A DNA stretch of 64,000 bases, taken from an uncultured Neomegalonema sp. (lineage in GTDB: Bacteria > Pseudomonadota > Alphaproteobacteria > Rhodobacterales > Rhodobacteraceae). Positions 27,099 through 37,260 of the stretch are shown here, one piece after another. The notes beneath the pieces were generated by a model. That model did not search any database. It was not told the DNA's origin and saw nothing but the letters and a program-made list of their open reading frames with translations. The stretch is taken from assembly GCA_937928005.1 (NCBI GenBank), contig CALFVD010000055.1, positions 3,516-67,515 on the forward strand, given 5' to 3'. Both the position numbers and the translations under genes were made by a program. The first letter of the stretch is position 1. Each line of letters begins with the position of its first letter.

Positions 27099-27578
27099 TT
27101 ATGCGGTCGCTTTGTTCATCGACGCCATGGAGGTCGATGCGAGCGACTTCATTTCTTCAACACCTTCGGAGAAGCGTGCCTGAATGATCGCCATTGCATC
27201 TTCATTTGCTTTGCGTGCGGACTCGCTCAGCTCGGTAAAGATGCCGACCGATTTTTCAAACTGGGCTTTTGCCGCTTCGACGCGCTTTTCGTAACCTTCG
27301 GTGGTCATCGGCTGTGTCGTTGCGTCTTTCATGGTTTCGGACATCTCGGAGACGCCGTTCTGGAGGATTTCGACCTGTTTCTTAAACAGAGCCTGATATC
27401 CCTCGGAAGCAACGCGGTTGGCGTCAACGACGGCCTGTACGTTTTTCTTCTGGGCTTCGGTGAGCGCCTCGGTATCGACGCCGGGGATGGACATGCCGTC
27501 GAACATCTTGGTCATGTCGTTCTGTTTCATCAGGTCGATATAGGTGTTGGGGTCGAACCAGTTTTTCTCGGTCGTCAT
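27099..27578 (-). CDS. phaP: Phasin (PHA granule-associated protein)
   Basis: Start at MTTEKNWFDPNTY with an AGGAGAG RBS. Helical and low-complexity, with AQKKNVQAVVDANRVASEGYQALFKKQVEILQ typical of alphaproteobacterial phasins. Confidence 0.8.
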   Translation of the reverse strand: MTTEKNWFDPNTYIDLMKQNDMTKMFDGMSIPGVDTEALTEAQKKNVQAVVDANRVASEGYQALFKKQVEILQNGVSEMSETMKDATTQPMTTEGYEKRVEAAKAQFEKSVGIFTELSESARKANEDAMAIIQARFSEGVEEMKSLASTSMASMNKATA

Positions 27579-27619
27579 ATCAAGCTCTCCTAGCCGGAAC
27601 ATTTCGTTGACGAGAATAT

Positions 27620-27632
27620 GTTGCATCGCAAC
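27620..27632. promoter_or_regulatory. Perfect palindrome GTTGC-ATC-GCAAC upstream of phasin (candidate PhaR-type operator)
   Basis: 42 nt upstream of the phasin ATG. It sits inside a TTGATC-N17-CATATT promoter-like spacer on the minus strand. Confidence 0.4.
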
Positions 27633-27653
27633 AAAAAGATCAAGGGAGAAATT

Positions 27654-27666
27654 GGTGCAGTGCAAC
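27654..27666. promoter_or_regulatory. Second palindrome GGTGC-AGT-GCAAC upstream of phasin
   Basis: Same TGC-N3-GCA core, 34 nt from the first site (centre to centre). Confidence 0.35.
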
Positions 27667-27693
27667 AAAAAACAATCAAAACATTGATTGTGT

Positions 27694-28524
27694 TCAGGAA
27701 TTTTCGCTCAATGCACGGGATCGATCGGCGCTGGCGGCCACGGCGCGGGTCATCAGGGGGGTCAAGCCCGATTCGGTATCCATCAGGTGTTCAAGCGCGG
27801 CGGCGGTGGTGCCCTTTGGGCTGGTGACGTTGATGCGTAGGGTTTCCGCCGTCTCGTCGCTGGCATCGGCAAGGGCGGCGGCACCGATGATCGTCTGGCG
27901 GGCGAGGCGCATGGCAAGGGCGGGGTCAAGCCCCTGTGCTTCGCCTGCGGCGGCCAATGCCTCAATCATATTGAAGATATAGGCGGGACCAGAGCCGGAA
28001 ACGCCGGTCACGGCATCCATCTGATCCTCGGCATCGAGCCAAACGGCACCGCCGACCGCCGCCATCATTTGTTCGGCCAAGGCGCGCTCGTCAGGGTTGG
28101 CCGTGTCGCTGGGGTAGAGGGCGCTGGCCCCCTTGCCCACGGCTACAGGCGTATTGGGCATGACGCGGACAGCGCGGATACCCTGTCCCAACAGCGCCCG
28201 GAAATCGGCGAGGGAGGTTCCGGCGGCGATGGAGAGGTAGAGGGGAGCTTCGCCGAAGCGGGCAGCAACACCGGGCAGAACATCGGCCATCATCTGCGGC
28301 TTTATGGCAATGAGGACGGCCTTTGGCGTCTCGGCGATACCTTCGACACTGGGCATGATGGCGATGCCGGTGGCCTTGATTTCATCGGCGGGAAAAGGGT
28401 CGATGATGCGGACTGCATCTTTCGGCAGCCCTTGCGCCATCCATCCATCGAGCAGCGCGCCACCCATCTTACCACATCCGAGGATGACGAGGGGGGCGGT
28501 GGCGGTGAAAGCGGTGATGGTCAT
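27694..28524 (-). CDS. proC: Pyrroline-5-carboxylate reductase
   Basis: Start at MTITAFTATAPLVILGCGKMGGALLDGW (Rossmann GxGxxG), followed by VRVMPNTP and GSGPAYIFNMIEALA motifs. Confidence 0.9.
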   Translation of the reverse strand: MTITAFTATAPLVILGCGKMGGALLDGWMAQGLPKDAVRIIDPFPADEIKATGIAIMPSVEGIAETPKAVLIAIKPQMMADVLPGVAARFGEAPLYLSIAAGTSLADFRALLGQGIRAVRVMPNTPVAVGKGASALYPSDTANPDERALAEQMMAAVGGAVWLDAEDQMDAVTGVSGSGPAYIFNMIEALAAAGEAQGLDPALAMRLARQTIIGAAALADASDETAETLRINVTSPKGTTAAALEHLMDTESGLTPLMTRAVAASADRSRALSENS

Positions 28525-28612
28525 GGTGGCGCTCCTTTTTTGCGATTGGATACCGTGCGGGCGCGGCGCTCGCAAGCTGGACAGGGCTTGGCGTGAAGGA
28601 CAGAGTGACCGG

Positions 28613-29386
28613 ATGAGAATTGCAATCATCGGATACGGCCCCATCGCCCGCAATGTTGCTTCGCATTTAGCGGGGGATGCGGAGATTGTGCTGTGCTGCG
28701 CAATCTGTCGGCCCGGTCGGGAGGATGCGGCGCGGGGGGCGCTGGGGGTGGAAGCGGTGACTTCGGTGGCGGATTTGCCGGATGGGGTCGATCTGGTGGT
28801 CGATTGTGCGGGGCATCCGGGGTTGCGAGCGCATGGGGCGGATGTGCTGCGCCGGGGGGTCGAGCTGCTGACCGTATCGAACGGTGCGCTGGCCGATGCG
28901 GCCTTTGCGCTGGAGCTGGAGGATGCGGCAGTGGCGGGAGGCGCGCGGTTGCGGTTGTTGCCGGGAGCTATCGGGGCGATGGATGCGCTGGCGGCGGCGG
29001 CGGTGGGTGGGCTTTCGAGCGTCGTTTATACCGGGCGCAAACCACCCGTAGGCTGGTCCGGGTCGGCGGCGGAAGATGTATTGGATCTGGGCGCGCTGAG
29101 CGAGGCAGCGACGCATTTCGAGGGTTCGGCGCGAGAGGCAGCCTTGCGCTATCCGAAGAATGCGAATGTGGCGGCGACGGTCGCGTTGGCCGGGATTGGC
29201 ATGGATGAAACGCAGGTGCGCTTGATTGCGGATCCGGGGATTACGGCTAACCGCCATGAGATCGAGGCAATCGGCGCTTTTGGGCGGTTCAGCTTTGCCA
29301 TCGAAGGCGCGTCACTGCCGGATAACCCGGCATCATCGGCCCTGACCGCCATGAGCGTGGTGCGGGCGGTGCGGGATCGGCTATAG
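28613..29386 (+). CDS. nadX: L-aspartate dehydrogenase
   Basis: MRIAIIGYGPIARNV Rossmann start, PGAIGAMDAL, and RYPKNANVAATVALAGIG typical of NadX. The stop codon TAG lies inside repeat copy 3. Confidence 0.85.
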   Translation: MRIAIIGYGPIARNVASHLAGDAEIVLCCAICRPGREDAARGALGVEAVTSVADLPDGVDLVVDCAGHPGLRAHGADVLRRGVELLTVSNGALADAAFALELEDAAVAGGARLRLLPGAIGAMDALAAAAVGGLSSVVYTGRKPPVGWSGSAAEDVLDLGALSEAATHFEGSAREAALRYPKNANVAATVALAGIGMDETQVRLIADPGITANRHEIEAIGAFGRFSFAIEGASLPDNPASSALTAMSVVRAVRDRL

Positions 29387-29474
29387 CCATTTGCGAAACC
29401 AGAACCATATTTTGCGCCAAGAGCCGCGCAAAATTTGGCGCTTAGTGATTCAGGATAATCGCAATTCGCTTTAA
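29381..29474 (+). repeat. 95-bp imperfect palindromic element, copy 3 (most diverged)
   Basis: CTATAGCCATTTGCGAAACCAGAACCATATTTTGCGCCAAGAGCCGCGCAAAATTTGGCGCTTAGTGATTCAGGATAATCGCAATTCGCTTTAA. An inner A-to-G change restores GCGC/GCGC pairing. Confidence 0.85.
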
Positions 29475-29662
29475 CGCGGGTCGGGGTGTGATTCCAACGG
29501 CCCTTATGACTGACTTCTCAGCCGTCATCGTCGGGCTTGTTTTGAGAATCGTATTTCTCAGCATTTACAATAGCTTGCAATACTGAAACTTGGTCGTGGC
29601 ATCCATCATGCAGCAAGCCCTGAGGAACGGACCCCGGACTTCGCCGGGGTGACACTGCACGA

Positions 29663-29893
29663 TCAGCGGCTGGTGCCATTCTGGTTGGACTTGTATTTTT
29701 GGTAGCCGAGAAAGAGACCGGCACCGATAAGCATGGGGATCAGCAAGCCCAGAATCGCCTTGAAGAAATACCCGATGATAAAGCCAAGCACGCCGCCCGC
29801 TATGGCCGCTGGCACCTGCTGTGCGCCGGGAATGTAACGCGGGGCCAACATGTAGCCGACAACCGCGCCGAGAATTGCCAAGAGTAATGCCAT
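29663..29893 (-). CDS. Small two-helix membrane protein
   Basis: 76 aa, Gly-rich TM helices (LLLAILGAVVGYML and GGVLGFIIGYFFKAILGLLIPMLIGAGLFLGY). Lies downstream of fmt. Confidence 0.5.
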   Translation of the reverse strand: MALLLAILGAVVGYMLAPRYIPGAQQVPAAIAGGVLGFIIGYFFKAILGLLIPMLIGAGLFLGYQKYKSNQNGTSR

Positions 29894-29947
29894 CTGTCTT
29901 GTCTCCAGAATAATCTGTCGATGTCACAAGTGAGGATGCGAAGGCAG

Positions 29948-30856
29948 TTAGTCAACCGTTTCGCCGGGTTCCATGGGGAATCCGCGCAGAAAATCGGCGA
30001 TGTCCATCGCCGGTTTACCTGCGCGCTGGACACGCAGAAGACGGAGCGCGCCAGTGGCGCAAGCGATGGCGGCGTCGTCGAGGATGGCGCCGGGGGGGCC
30101 GCTTGCCGTGGTCGGCTCGGCGAGGAGGATTTTTATGCGCTCGCCGCGCATCTCAAACCATGCACCGGGAAAAGGGGAGAGACCTCGGATATGGGCATCG
30201 AGAGATTGCGCAGAACGGCCCCAATCGATGCGGGCTTCGGCTTTGTCGATTTTGGCGGCGTATTCGACGCCCTCTTCCGATTGTGGCTGTGCGGTGAGGG
30301 TTTTGAGAGTTGCGAGGGTTTCGACCAGCAATTCCGCGCCGCGTATGGCGAGACGGTTCTGTAGATCGGCGGCAGTCTCGCGGGGGGCGATGGGGGTGGT
30401 TTCGCATAGGAAAACGGGGCCGGTATCCAACCCCTGCTCCATACGCATAATGCATATGCCGGTTTGCTCGTCACCCGCCATTATCGCGCGCGGAATGGGG
30501 GCGGCTCCCCGCCAGCGGGGCAGGAGCGAGGGGTGGATGTTGAGGCATCCATGCCGGGGGGCATCGAGAATGGGCTGGGGGAGAATCAGACCATAGGCGG
30601 CGACCACCGCGACACCGAGATCAAGGGCAGCGAATTCGGCCTGCGCCTGCGCGTCACGTAGCTTTGCCGGGGTGCGAACGGGCAGACCTAACGCCTCGGC
30701 GCGGGCGTGGACGGGGGTAAGGCGGTCCTTCTTGCCGCGTCCGGCGGGGCGGGGCGGCTGGGCGTAGACCATTGCGATATCGTGTCCAGCCTCTACCAGC
30801 GCGTCGAGGGCGGGGACGGCGAAATCGGGGCTACCCATGAAAGCGATGCGCATCAA
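29948..30856 (-). CDS. fmt: Methionyl-tRNA formyltransferase
   Basis: [42 protein letters not shown] and [14 protein letters not shown] motifs. 4-nt overlap with def. Confidence 0.95.
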   Translation of the reverse strand: MMRIAFMGSPDFAVPALDALVEAGHDIAMVYAQPPRPAGRGKKDRLTPVHARAEALGLPVRTPAKLRDAQAQAEFAALDLGVAVVAAYGLILPQPILDAPRHGCLNIHPSLLPRWRGAAPIPRAIMAGDEQTGICIMRMEQGLDTGPVFLCETTPIAPRETAADLQNRLAIRGAELLVETLATLKTLTAQPQSEEGVEYAAKIDKAEARIDWGRSAQSLDAHIRGLSPFPGAWFEMRGERIKILLAEPTTASGPPGAILDDAAIACATGALRLLRVQRAGKPAMDIADFLRGFPMEPGETVD

Positions 30857-31392
30857 GCAGTCCGCGATTGTGCAGTCCGCGCTTTCTCTTTTTTGCGCTT
30901 TTTCATGCGACCCGTGATCATCTGGCGCTTCATGGGGCCGAGATAATCTATGAACAGCTTACCATCGAGGTGGTCGATCTCATGCTGGACACAGGTAGCC
31001 AAGAGGCCATCGCAATCGAGGGATTGGAGCACGCCATCAAGATCAAGATACGATACTTTGACCTGTGAGGGCCGCTCGACATCGTTGAACTCTTCAGGGA
31101 TCGAGAGGCAGCCCTCTTCGTGGACATTCAACTCATCAGAAGCCCAGAGAACCTGTGGATTGATCATCGCTATGGGGGCCGGTTCTTCTTCCTCGCCTTT
31201 AGCGCAATCCATGACCAAGATGCGGGAAAGGATGCCCACTTGCGGCGCGGCGAGGCCGATACCGGGGGCATCATACATCGTCTCAAACATGTCATCAATC
31301 AGGCTGCGTAGGCCCGTATCGACGGTGTCGACGGGATCGCAAACCTTCTTGAGGCGCGGATCGGGATGAAGAAGGATCGGTCTAATTGCCAT
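30853..31392 (-). CDS. def: Peptide deformylase
   Basis: [18 protein letters not shown] and QHEIDHLDG metal-binding motifs. Start at [14 protein letters not shown]. Confidence 0.95.
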   Translation of the reverse strand: MAIRPILLHPDPRLKKVCDPVDTVDTGLRSLIDDMFETMYDAPGIGLAAPQVGILSRILVMDCAKGEEEEPAPIAMINPQVLWASDELNVHEEGCLSIPEEFNDVERPSQVKVSYLDLDGVLQSLDCDGLLATCVQHEIDHLDGKLFIDYLGPMKRQMITGRMKKRKKEKARTAQSRTA

Positions 31393-31539
31393 ATCCGGCA
31401 TGTAAAGAAGGCCACGTCCCGGTTCAAGCGGTGTCATCTGTGGAGGCAAATTTATCCTGTAGAGGATGATGCGCTCTTGACTTTGTTCTTTTTATGATCT
31501 TTTTTAATACCCATAAAATTCTTTACCCCAAAGGATATC

Positions 31540-32193
31540 ATGGACCGCTCGCTCACCATCGCCGTCAATCGGGCCGACCTGCTGCGTATCGTGGTGGGAA
31601 TCGTAGCGATGATGCCGGGGATGGCGGTGGAGACGATGCCGCGTTGGCTGCATATCGCAGTGTTGGCGCTGTTGCGGCCTGCCGAATCGGCGCTGCGGCG
31701 GTTGATTGCGATTGCTGCGACGGCGGTGGTGGTTGGGCCACAGCGAAAGCGTAGGGCGGCACCAAAGGCAAAGAAGAAGCGCGGGGAAAAGCGTGCGCTT
31801 CCGCCGGTATTTGGACTTTTCGATACACGCCGGAATGTCGATCCAAAAACGCCGCCCGCACCGGGGCATGGGCCGAATATCCGATTTTTCGATGGCGAAG
31901 ATGAGATGCCGCCAGCGGCGACGCCTGCACAGCCCGGTGATCTGGTGAATGCCGAGGCGTTATGCCGACGATTGGCGGCGATGCTGGCCGCATTGGATGA
32001 TATTCCGGGGCAGGCACAGCGATTGGCCGGGATACTGGCGCGGAGGCGCTCGAAATGGCGGCGGGTCATGCGGCCCGGTCGTCCGCCGGGCCATCGAATG
32101 GGTGGAAAGCGGGCAGTGGATGTGTTGCTGACCGATTGCCATGAAATGGCGTTGAGGGCGCTGGCGGAGCCGGTCGCGCCTAATACGTCTTGA
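31540..32193 (+). CDS. Hypothetical protein (basic, Pro/Arg-rich)
   Basis: 217-aa ORF with an N-terminal hydrophobic region and C-terminal RPGRPPGHR...VDVLLTDCHEMAL. Preferred over the overlapping antisense ORF 31452..32069, whose translation is low-complexity. Confidence 0.45.
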   Translation: MDRSLTIAVNRADLLRIVVGIVAMMPGMAVETMPRWLHIAVLALLRPAESALRRLIAIAATAVVVGPQRKRRAAPKAKKKRGEKRALPPVFGLFDTRRNVDPKTPPAPGHGPNIRFFDGEDEMPPAATPAQPGDLVNAEALCRRLAAMLAALDDIPGQAQRLAGILARRRSKWRRVMRPGRPPGHRMGGKRAVDVLLTDCHEMALRALAEPVAPNTS

Positions 32194-32258
32194 AAAATGG
32201 CGCATCACCCGAATCACTTGCCCTTCCCGCCATTGCGGGGAGCCTGCTGTGCTGCGCG

Positions 32259-32819
32259 CTATTGGGAATCGTGAGCAGAGGGCGCGAGGAACGGGTATTG
32301 GACCAGCTCCGTATAAAGGGGTGCGCCAGTGCCAAGATCAGAGCGGTAAAGGGAGAACCCGTTGATATCGAAAGGTTGGTAGGAAAGGCGCGCATGGGCT
32401 TGGGTCCATTCCAATGCCTGCGCCGGGATCACGCCGCCACCACACCGGGCGAGGGTGACATGGGGGCGGAATTTACGGTGCTCGATGGCGATGCCTGATT
32501 CGCGAATCAGGCGATCAATCTTGGCCTGCAACCGCATTAATGGCTCAGAGGGGGCGAAAAGAGCATGGAGGTTATGGGGCTTACCGCCGCCGAAAGCGCC
32601 GACACCCGATATCGACAGATCGAACGGCTCCATGCGGATACGCCCCAGTTCGGTATCAAGTTCGGTCAGTTCGGAAGGAGTACAATCGCCCAGAAAGGCA
32701 AGGGTTAGGTGCAGGTTTTCGGCCTCCACCCAGCGCGCATTGCGCACATTATCCTGAATATCCATCAGGAAATCGGCCACATCATCGGGCAGGGAGAGGG
32801 CAAGAAAGGCTCGGATCAT
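32259..32819 (-). CDS. thpR: RNA 2',3'-cyclic phosphodiesterase (2H phosphoesterase, ThpR/LigT)
   Basis: Two HxT motifs, HLTLAFLG and HVTLAR, with 2H-family spacing. Confidence 0.85.
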   Translation of the reverse strand: MIRAFLALSLPDDVADFLMDIQDNVRNARWVEAENLHLTLAFLGDCTPSELTELDTELGRIRMEPFDLSISGVGAFGGGKPHNLHALFAPSEPLMRLQAKIDRLIRESGIAIEHRKFRPHVTLARCGGGVIPAQALEWTQAHARLSYQPFDINGFSLYRSDLGTGAPLYTELVQYPFLAPSAHDSQ

Positions 32820-32963
32820 ATAAATTTTCTAGCGATATTAAATCGTTGGCAAAAGATGCAGGGCAGAACCGCGCATGATAAGATTGGGACTTGAATGATG
32901 CGGGACCAATCGCGATATTGGCATCTAACGTTTCAACACCTGAACCTCAAGAGGATGGTTTCA

Positions 32964-33704
32964 ATGGCAGAATTCGACCGCATGTCGGCTCAAACAGTGG
33001 GCACGCAAGGCCGTGCCGCCGAAATCGATCAGGGCCTACGCGCCCATATGAACTCGGTATACAGCTACCTCGCAGGCGGCCTCGCCGTTGCGGGTGGTAC
33101 GGCATATTCCTTCGGCAATATCCCCGCATTGGCCAATATGATCTGGGGATCGCCGCTGAAATGGGTCGTAATCTTTGCGCCGCTGGCGCTGATCTTCTTC
33201 ATCGGTGCGCGCCTCAACAAAATGAGCGTTGCGGGTGTTCAGGCGACCTATTGGGTCTTCACCGCGCTGATGGGTGTATCGCTGTCGGCGGTGTTCATCC
33301 GTTTTGCGAATGACCCGATGGTCATCGTTCAGGCGTTCCTGATTACCTCCATCGCGTTCCTTTCGCTGTCGCTCTATGGCTACACGACGAAGAAAGACCT
33401 GTCCGGTTGGGGTTCGTTCCTGATCATGGGTGTGGTCGGCCTGATCTTGGCATCCATCGCCAACATCTTCATCGCATCGAGCGCGCTGGCCTTCGGTGTT
33501 TCGGTGATCGGCGTGCTGATCTTCGCGGGCCTGACGGCATATGATACGCAGCGGATCAAAAACGAGTATCTGTACTTCGCACAGGCCGGTGGCGAAGGTG
33601 CCGCTTACCTCGCGAAAGGCGCTGTGATGGGCGCGCTGGGCCTGTTCCTGAACTTCGTGAACATGTTCCAGTTCATCCTGTCCTTCATGGGCGGTAGCGA
33701 ATAA
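32964..33704 (+). CDS. Bax-inhibitor-1/YccA-family membrane protein
   Basis: Seven TM helices, a LTAYDTQRIK motif, and start at MAEFDRMS with a GAGGA RBS. Confidence 0.9.
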   Translation: MAEFDRMSAQTVGTQGRAAEIDQGLRAHMNSVYSYLAGGLAVAGGTAYSFGNIPALANMIWGSPLKWVVIFAPLALIFFIGARLNKMSVAGVQATYWVFTALMGVSLSAVFIRFANDPMVIVQAFLITSIAFLSLSLYGYTTKKDLSGWGSFLIMGVVGLILASIANIFIASSALAFGVSVIGVLIFAGLTAYDTQRIKNEYLYFAQAGGEGAAYLAKGAVMGALGLFLNFVNMFQFILSFMGGSE

Positions 33705-33731
33705 TCAACGCGGTCCCATGGTGATCAATTG

Positions 33732-33762
33732 GCCCCCATGCTTCACGCATGGGGGCTTTTTT
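33732..33762 (+). terminator. Rho-independent terminator
   Basis: GCCCCCATG-CTTCACG-CATGGGGGC followed by TTTTTT. Confidence 0.8.
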
Positions 33763-33935
33763 CACGAATAATTCGATTCAGTGTTTATTGAAACCTTTGA
33801 ACTATCCTACGCGCGGGCGACGGCTTACGCCGCCATGGATGCGCCATTCAACCTTTCCCTAACCCCCGTATATCTGCCGATGGCGGGGTGGACTGGATGG
33901 GTGGCGTATCCCCCAAGTTGCCAGAGGATACGCAG

Positions 33936-34316
33936 ATGAAGACTTTTCTCGCACTGGATGGCCGGATGGGCCGCCTTCTCTACGCGCAAATCACCTTCGT
34001 TTCGGTTATCCTTCTGACCCTTGGCCTCGCCATGATGATCTTTCCGATGATGATGAGCCGGATGAATGGCATCGAAGTAATGCCGCTGGGCTTTTCGATG
34101 TTCGGGGCCATTTTGCTGATGGCATTTGGCCTGTGGAGCCTGATCACCGCCTCGATCCGCCGTTTGCATGATATGGGCTGGAGCGCGTGGTGGCTGTTGC
34201 CTTGTGCCGTACCGATTGAGATCGTTGCCGTTATTGCAATGGTGGTCCTGTCGCTGGCGTTGTCCTTCCTGCCCGGTAAAGCGGAAGCGAATGTTTGGGG
34301 ACCAGCCCCCGCTTGA
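33936..34316 (+). CDS. DUF805-family inner-membrane protein
   Basis: MKTFLALDGRMGRLLY N-terminus and the SIRRLHDMGWSAWW motif typical of DUF805 (YhaH/YhaI-like). Confidence 0.8.
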   Translation: MKTFLALDGRMGRLLYAQITFVSVILLTLGLAMMIFPMMMSRMNGIEVMPLGFSMFGAILLMAFGLWSLITASIRRLHDMGWSAWWLLPCAVPIEIVAVIAMVVLSLALSFLPGKAEANVWGPAPA

Positions 34317-34371
34317 TTTATGGGGCTTTGCGCCCGTATGAGTCGCCTCCTGTCCACAGGAGCCGCCCATA

Positions 34372-35511
34372 ATGCCCGATCCCGTCGATTTGACCGCCGC
34401 CCTGCTGCGCTGTCCATCTGTCACGCCAGAGGAAGGCGGGGCGATTGTGATGCTGGAGGGGATGCTATCGGCGGCGGGTTTCGCCTGTACCCGCGTGGAC
34501 CGGGGGGGCGTGAGCAATCTTCATGCGCGCTATGGCACGGGCGGCAAGGTGCTGGGTTTCAACGGTCATACGGATGTGGTGCCGGTTGGCGAAGGCTGGA
34601 CGGTTGAGCCATTCAGAGCGGAAATCCGGGATGGAAAGATGTTTGGGCGCGGTGCCTGCGACATGAAATCTGCGGTGGCGGCTTGGGTTTGCGCCGCGAT
34701 TGACTGGGCGCAGGATAATCCGGCCCCCGATGGCTCGCTCGCAATTCTGATTACCGGGGATGAGGAAGGGCCGGGGGTGGACGGAACCGATGCAATCCTC
34801 GAATGGATGGAAGCAAAGGGCGAGGGGATGGACCATTGCCTCGTGGGCGAGCCGACCTGTCCCGAACGCATGGGCGAGATGATGAAAATCGGGCGGCGGG
34901 GGTCAATGACATTGTACCTGACGGCCACGGGGGCGCAAGGACACGCGGCCTATCCGCATCGCGCCCGTAACCCCCTGCCGCCGCTAATCAGCCTGTTGAA
35001 TCGGCTGGCGACGTGGCGGATGGATGAAGGGACAGAGGCATTCGATCCTTCGACACTGGCGGTGACGACGGTTGATACGGGCAATCCGGCGAATAACGTC
35101 ATTCCGGGCAAGGCCACAGCGACGGTGAATATCCGATTCAATGATGCCCATTCCAGTGATAGCATAAAAAGTAGCGTACGGACCATGATTGCGGAAACCG
35201 CCGTCGAAGGCGTGACGCTGGAAATGGATGCAAAGGTCAGCGGTGAGAGCTTTGTTACCGAGCCGGATGGCTTTACCGATCTGTTACGCGGGGTGGTCAA
35301 GGCGGAGACGGGGGTAGAACCGGTGCTATCGACTTCGGGGGGAACATCGGATGCGCGGTTTATTCGGCGAATATGTCCGGTGGTGGAATTTGGCCTCGTC
35401 GGGCAATCGATGCATAAGGCCGATGAGCATGTCATCATCGAGGATATCCGGGCGCTTTCGCGCATATATCGCCGGGTGATTGACGGTTATTTCACTAATC
35501 AAGCCTCGTAA
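34372..35511 (+). CDS. dapE: Succinyl-diaminopimelate desuccinylase
   Basis: M20 peptidase motifs GHTDVVP, ITGDEEG and EPT. N-terminal [14 protein letters not shown] is typical of DapE. Confidence 0.9.
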   Translation: MPDPVDLTAALLRCPSVTPEEGGAIVMLEGMLSAAGFACTRVDRGGVSNLHARYGTGGKVLGFNGHTDVVPVGEGWTVEPFRAEIRDGKMFGRGACDMKSAVAAWVCAAIDWAQDNPAPDGSLAILITGDEEGPGVDGTDAILEWMEAKGEGMDHCLVGEPTCPERMGEMMKIGRRGSMTLYLTATGAQGHAAYPHRARNPLPPLISLLNRLATWRMDEGTEAFDPSTLAVTTVDTGNPANNVIPGKATATVNIRFNDAHSSDSIKSSVRTMIAETAVEGVTLEMDAKVSGESFVTEPDGFTDLLRGVVKAETGVEPVLSTSGGTSDARFIRRICPVVEFGLVGQSMHKADEHVIIEDIRALSRIYRRVIDGYFTNQAS

Positions 35512-35641
35512 AAGCAACAGTTCGACGCCATATGCGTTAATCATCTGTAAAGCACAGGCATCGACAATCGCGGATAGGCTGGTTCCACCAGTTCTTTGTG
35601 GTTAGAGTGTAGCTTCCGTTCTGGCGAAAAGGGTTCTGGCG

Positions 35642-36340
35642 ATGAGCAGCGAAAAACTCCGCGCATGGTGCGTCCACATCTTTACGATGTCTGGTGCGGT
35701 CTGCGGGTTTCTGGCACTCGTGAACATCACGATGGGCGACCAACGCGACGCGATTTGGTGGTTGATCGTTGCGCTGATCATTGATGGGGTGGACGGCACG
35801 CTGGCGCGTAAGTTCAAGGTGACAGAACACCTGCCCGATGTGGACGGGGCGACAATCGATAATATCGTCGATTATTTCACCTATGTCATCATCCCGGCCT
35901 ATTATATCTGGTGGTTCAACGTTGTGCCCGAAGGGTGGGCGACCCCCGCCGCCATCGCGATACTGATGTCATCGCAATATCATTTCTCGGATTTGCGGCA
36001 TAAGACGCATGATAATTATTTCCGTGGGTTTCCAGCACTTTGGAACCTCGTGATCTTTGGCTTTTATGTGTTTGAGCCGAGCGCGGTAATGGCGCTGGTC
36101 ATCATCTTCTTGCTGTCGCTGGCGACTTTCGTGCCGATGAAATTCGTGCATCCGTTTCGGGTCGAGCGGCTACGCAGGACCAACCTTGCGGTGGCGGGGC
36201 TGGGCAGCTTGGCACTGATCGCAGCGGTCGCAACCTCGCCCGAGCCTGTGGGGGCCGCAAAGATCGTGATCGCCTTATCGCTGGGGTATTTTCTGATTAT
36301 CGGTATTCACCGCTCGCTGACGGAACAAGACCAACCTTAG
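35642..36340 (+). CDS. pcs: Phosphatidylcholine synthase (CDP-alcohol phosphatidyltransferase family)
   Basis: AWCVHIFTMSGAVCGFLAL then LIIDGVDGTLARKF (CDP-alcohol motif). Size of 232 aa and topology fit Pcs. Confidence 0.8.
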   Translation: MSSEKLRAWCVHIFTMSGAVCGFLALVNITMGDQRDAIWWLIVALIIDGVDGTLARKFKVTEHLPDVDGATIDNIVDYFTYVIIPAYYIWWFNVVPEGWATPAAIAILMSSQYHFSDLRHKTHDNYFRGFPALWNLVIFGFYVFEPSAVMALVIIFLLSLATFVPMKFVHPFRVERLRRTNLAVAGLGSLALIAAVATSPEPVGAAKIVIALSLGYFLIIGIHRSLTEQDQP

Positions 36341-36398
36341 GGATTGAGTGGGCATTGCGCGGCTATGCCCCTTGATTGGCGGGCCAGTATCGACCATT

Positions 36399-36411
36399 GT
36401 GCAGTGCAAAT
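36399..36411. promoter_or_regulatory. Degenerate copy of the TGC-AGT-GCA palindrome (TGTGC-AGT-GCAAA)
   Basis: 24 nt upstream of the map ATG. It shares the 10-nt core GTGCAGTGCA with the distal phasin site at 27654. Confidence 0.2.
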
Positions 36412-36434
36412 CTGCCCCTCACCCGGAATGCCCG

Positions 36435-37256
36435 ATGAAAGACACTGTTAACCGTACGCCTGAAGGCATCAAGATCCACACGCCGGAGGATTTCGCCGGG
36501 ATGCGCAAGGCCGGGAAACTGGCGGCGGAGACGCTGGATATGATTGGGCCAGAGGTACGCCCCGGCGTCAGTACCGAGCATCTGAACGCGCTGATCGAGA
36601 CGTTTATCTATGACCATGATGCGACCTCGGCCACCATCGGCTATCGCGGGTACAAACACGCTAGCTGTATCTCGCTGAACCATGTGGTGTGTCATGGTAT
36701 CCCTAGTTCCAAGAGTCTACGCGACGGGGATATCCTGAACATTGATGTGACGGTGATTATTGATGGGTGGTATGGTGATACCTCGCGGATGTTCGTGGCG
36801 GGGGAGCCGAGCCGAAAGGCAGAGCGGCTGATCAATGTCACCCACGACTCGCTGATGCGGGCCATTGAAGCAATCAAGCCGGGTAATCGCTTTGGCGATA
36901 TCGGCCATGCAATCCAGACCTATGCGGAAAGCCATCGCTGCTCGGTGGTGCGCGATTTTTGTGGGCATGGCCTTGGGCGGGTGTTCCATGATGCGCCGAA
37001 TGTGCTGCATTATGGAAAGGCGGGAACAGGGGCGCTGCTGCGGCCCGGCATGTTTTTCACCATCGAACCGATGGTTAATCTAGGCAAGGCGGGGACGAAG
37101 ATTTTGCCCGATGGGTGGACCGCCGTGACCCGCGACCGCTCGCTCTCGGCACAGTTTGAACATTCGATTGGGGTGACGGAGGACGGCTGTGAGGTATTCA
37201 CGCTATCGCCCGCAAACCGGTTCCATCCCTTCGCCGAAACCTTAGCCGTCGCCTGA
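36435..37256 (+). CDS. map: Type I methionine aminopeptidase
   Basis: VCHGIP, DIxxIDV, GHGLG and FTIEP metal-ligand blocks. Confidence 0.95.
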   Translation: MKDTVNRTPEGIKIHTPEDFAGMRKAGKLAAETLDMIGPEVRPGVSTEHLNALIETFIYDHDATSATIGYRGYKHASCISLNHVVCHGIPSSKSLRDGDILNIDVTVIIDGWYGDTSRMFVAGEPSRKAERLINVTHDSLMRAIEAIKPGNRFGDIGHAIQTYAESHRCSVVRDFCGHGLGRVFHDAPNVLHYGKAGTGALLRPGMFFTIEPMVNLGKAGTKILPDGWTAVTRDRSLSAQFEHSIGVTEDGCEVFTLSPANRFHPFAETLAVA

Positions 37257-37260
37257 CCAG

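Noticed and set aside
33825-34517. 230-aa minus-strand ORF spanning the DUF805 gene and the dapE start
   Set aside because: Its translation is rich in H/R/P/Q/G with no motif. It overlaps two plus-strand genes that carry clear family signatures.
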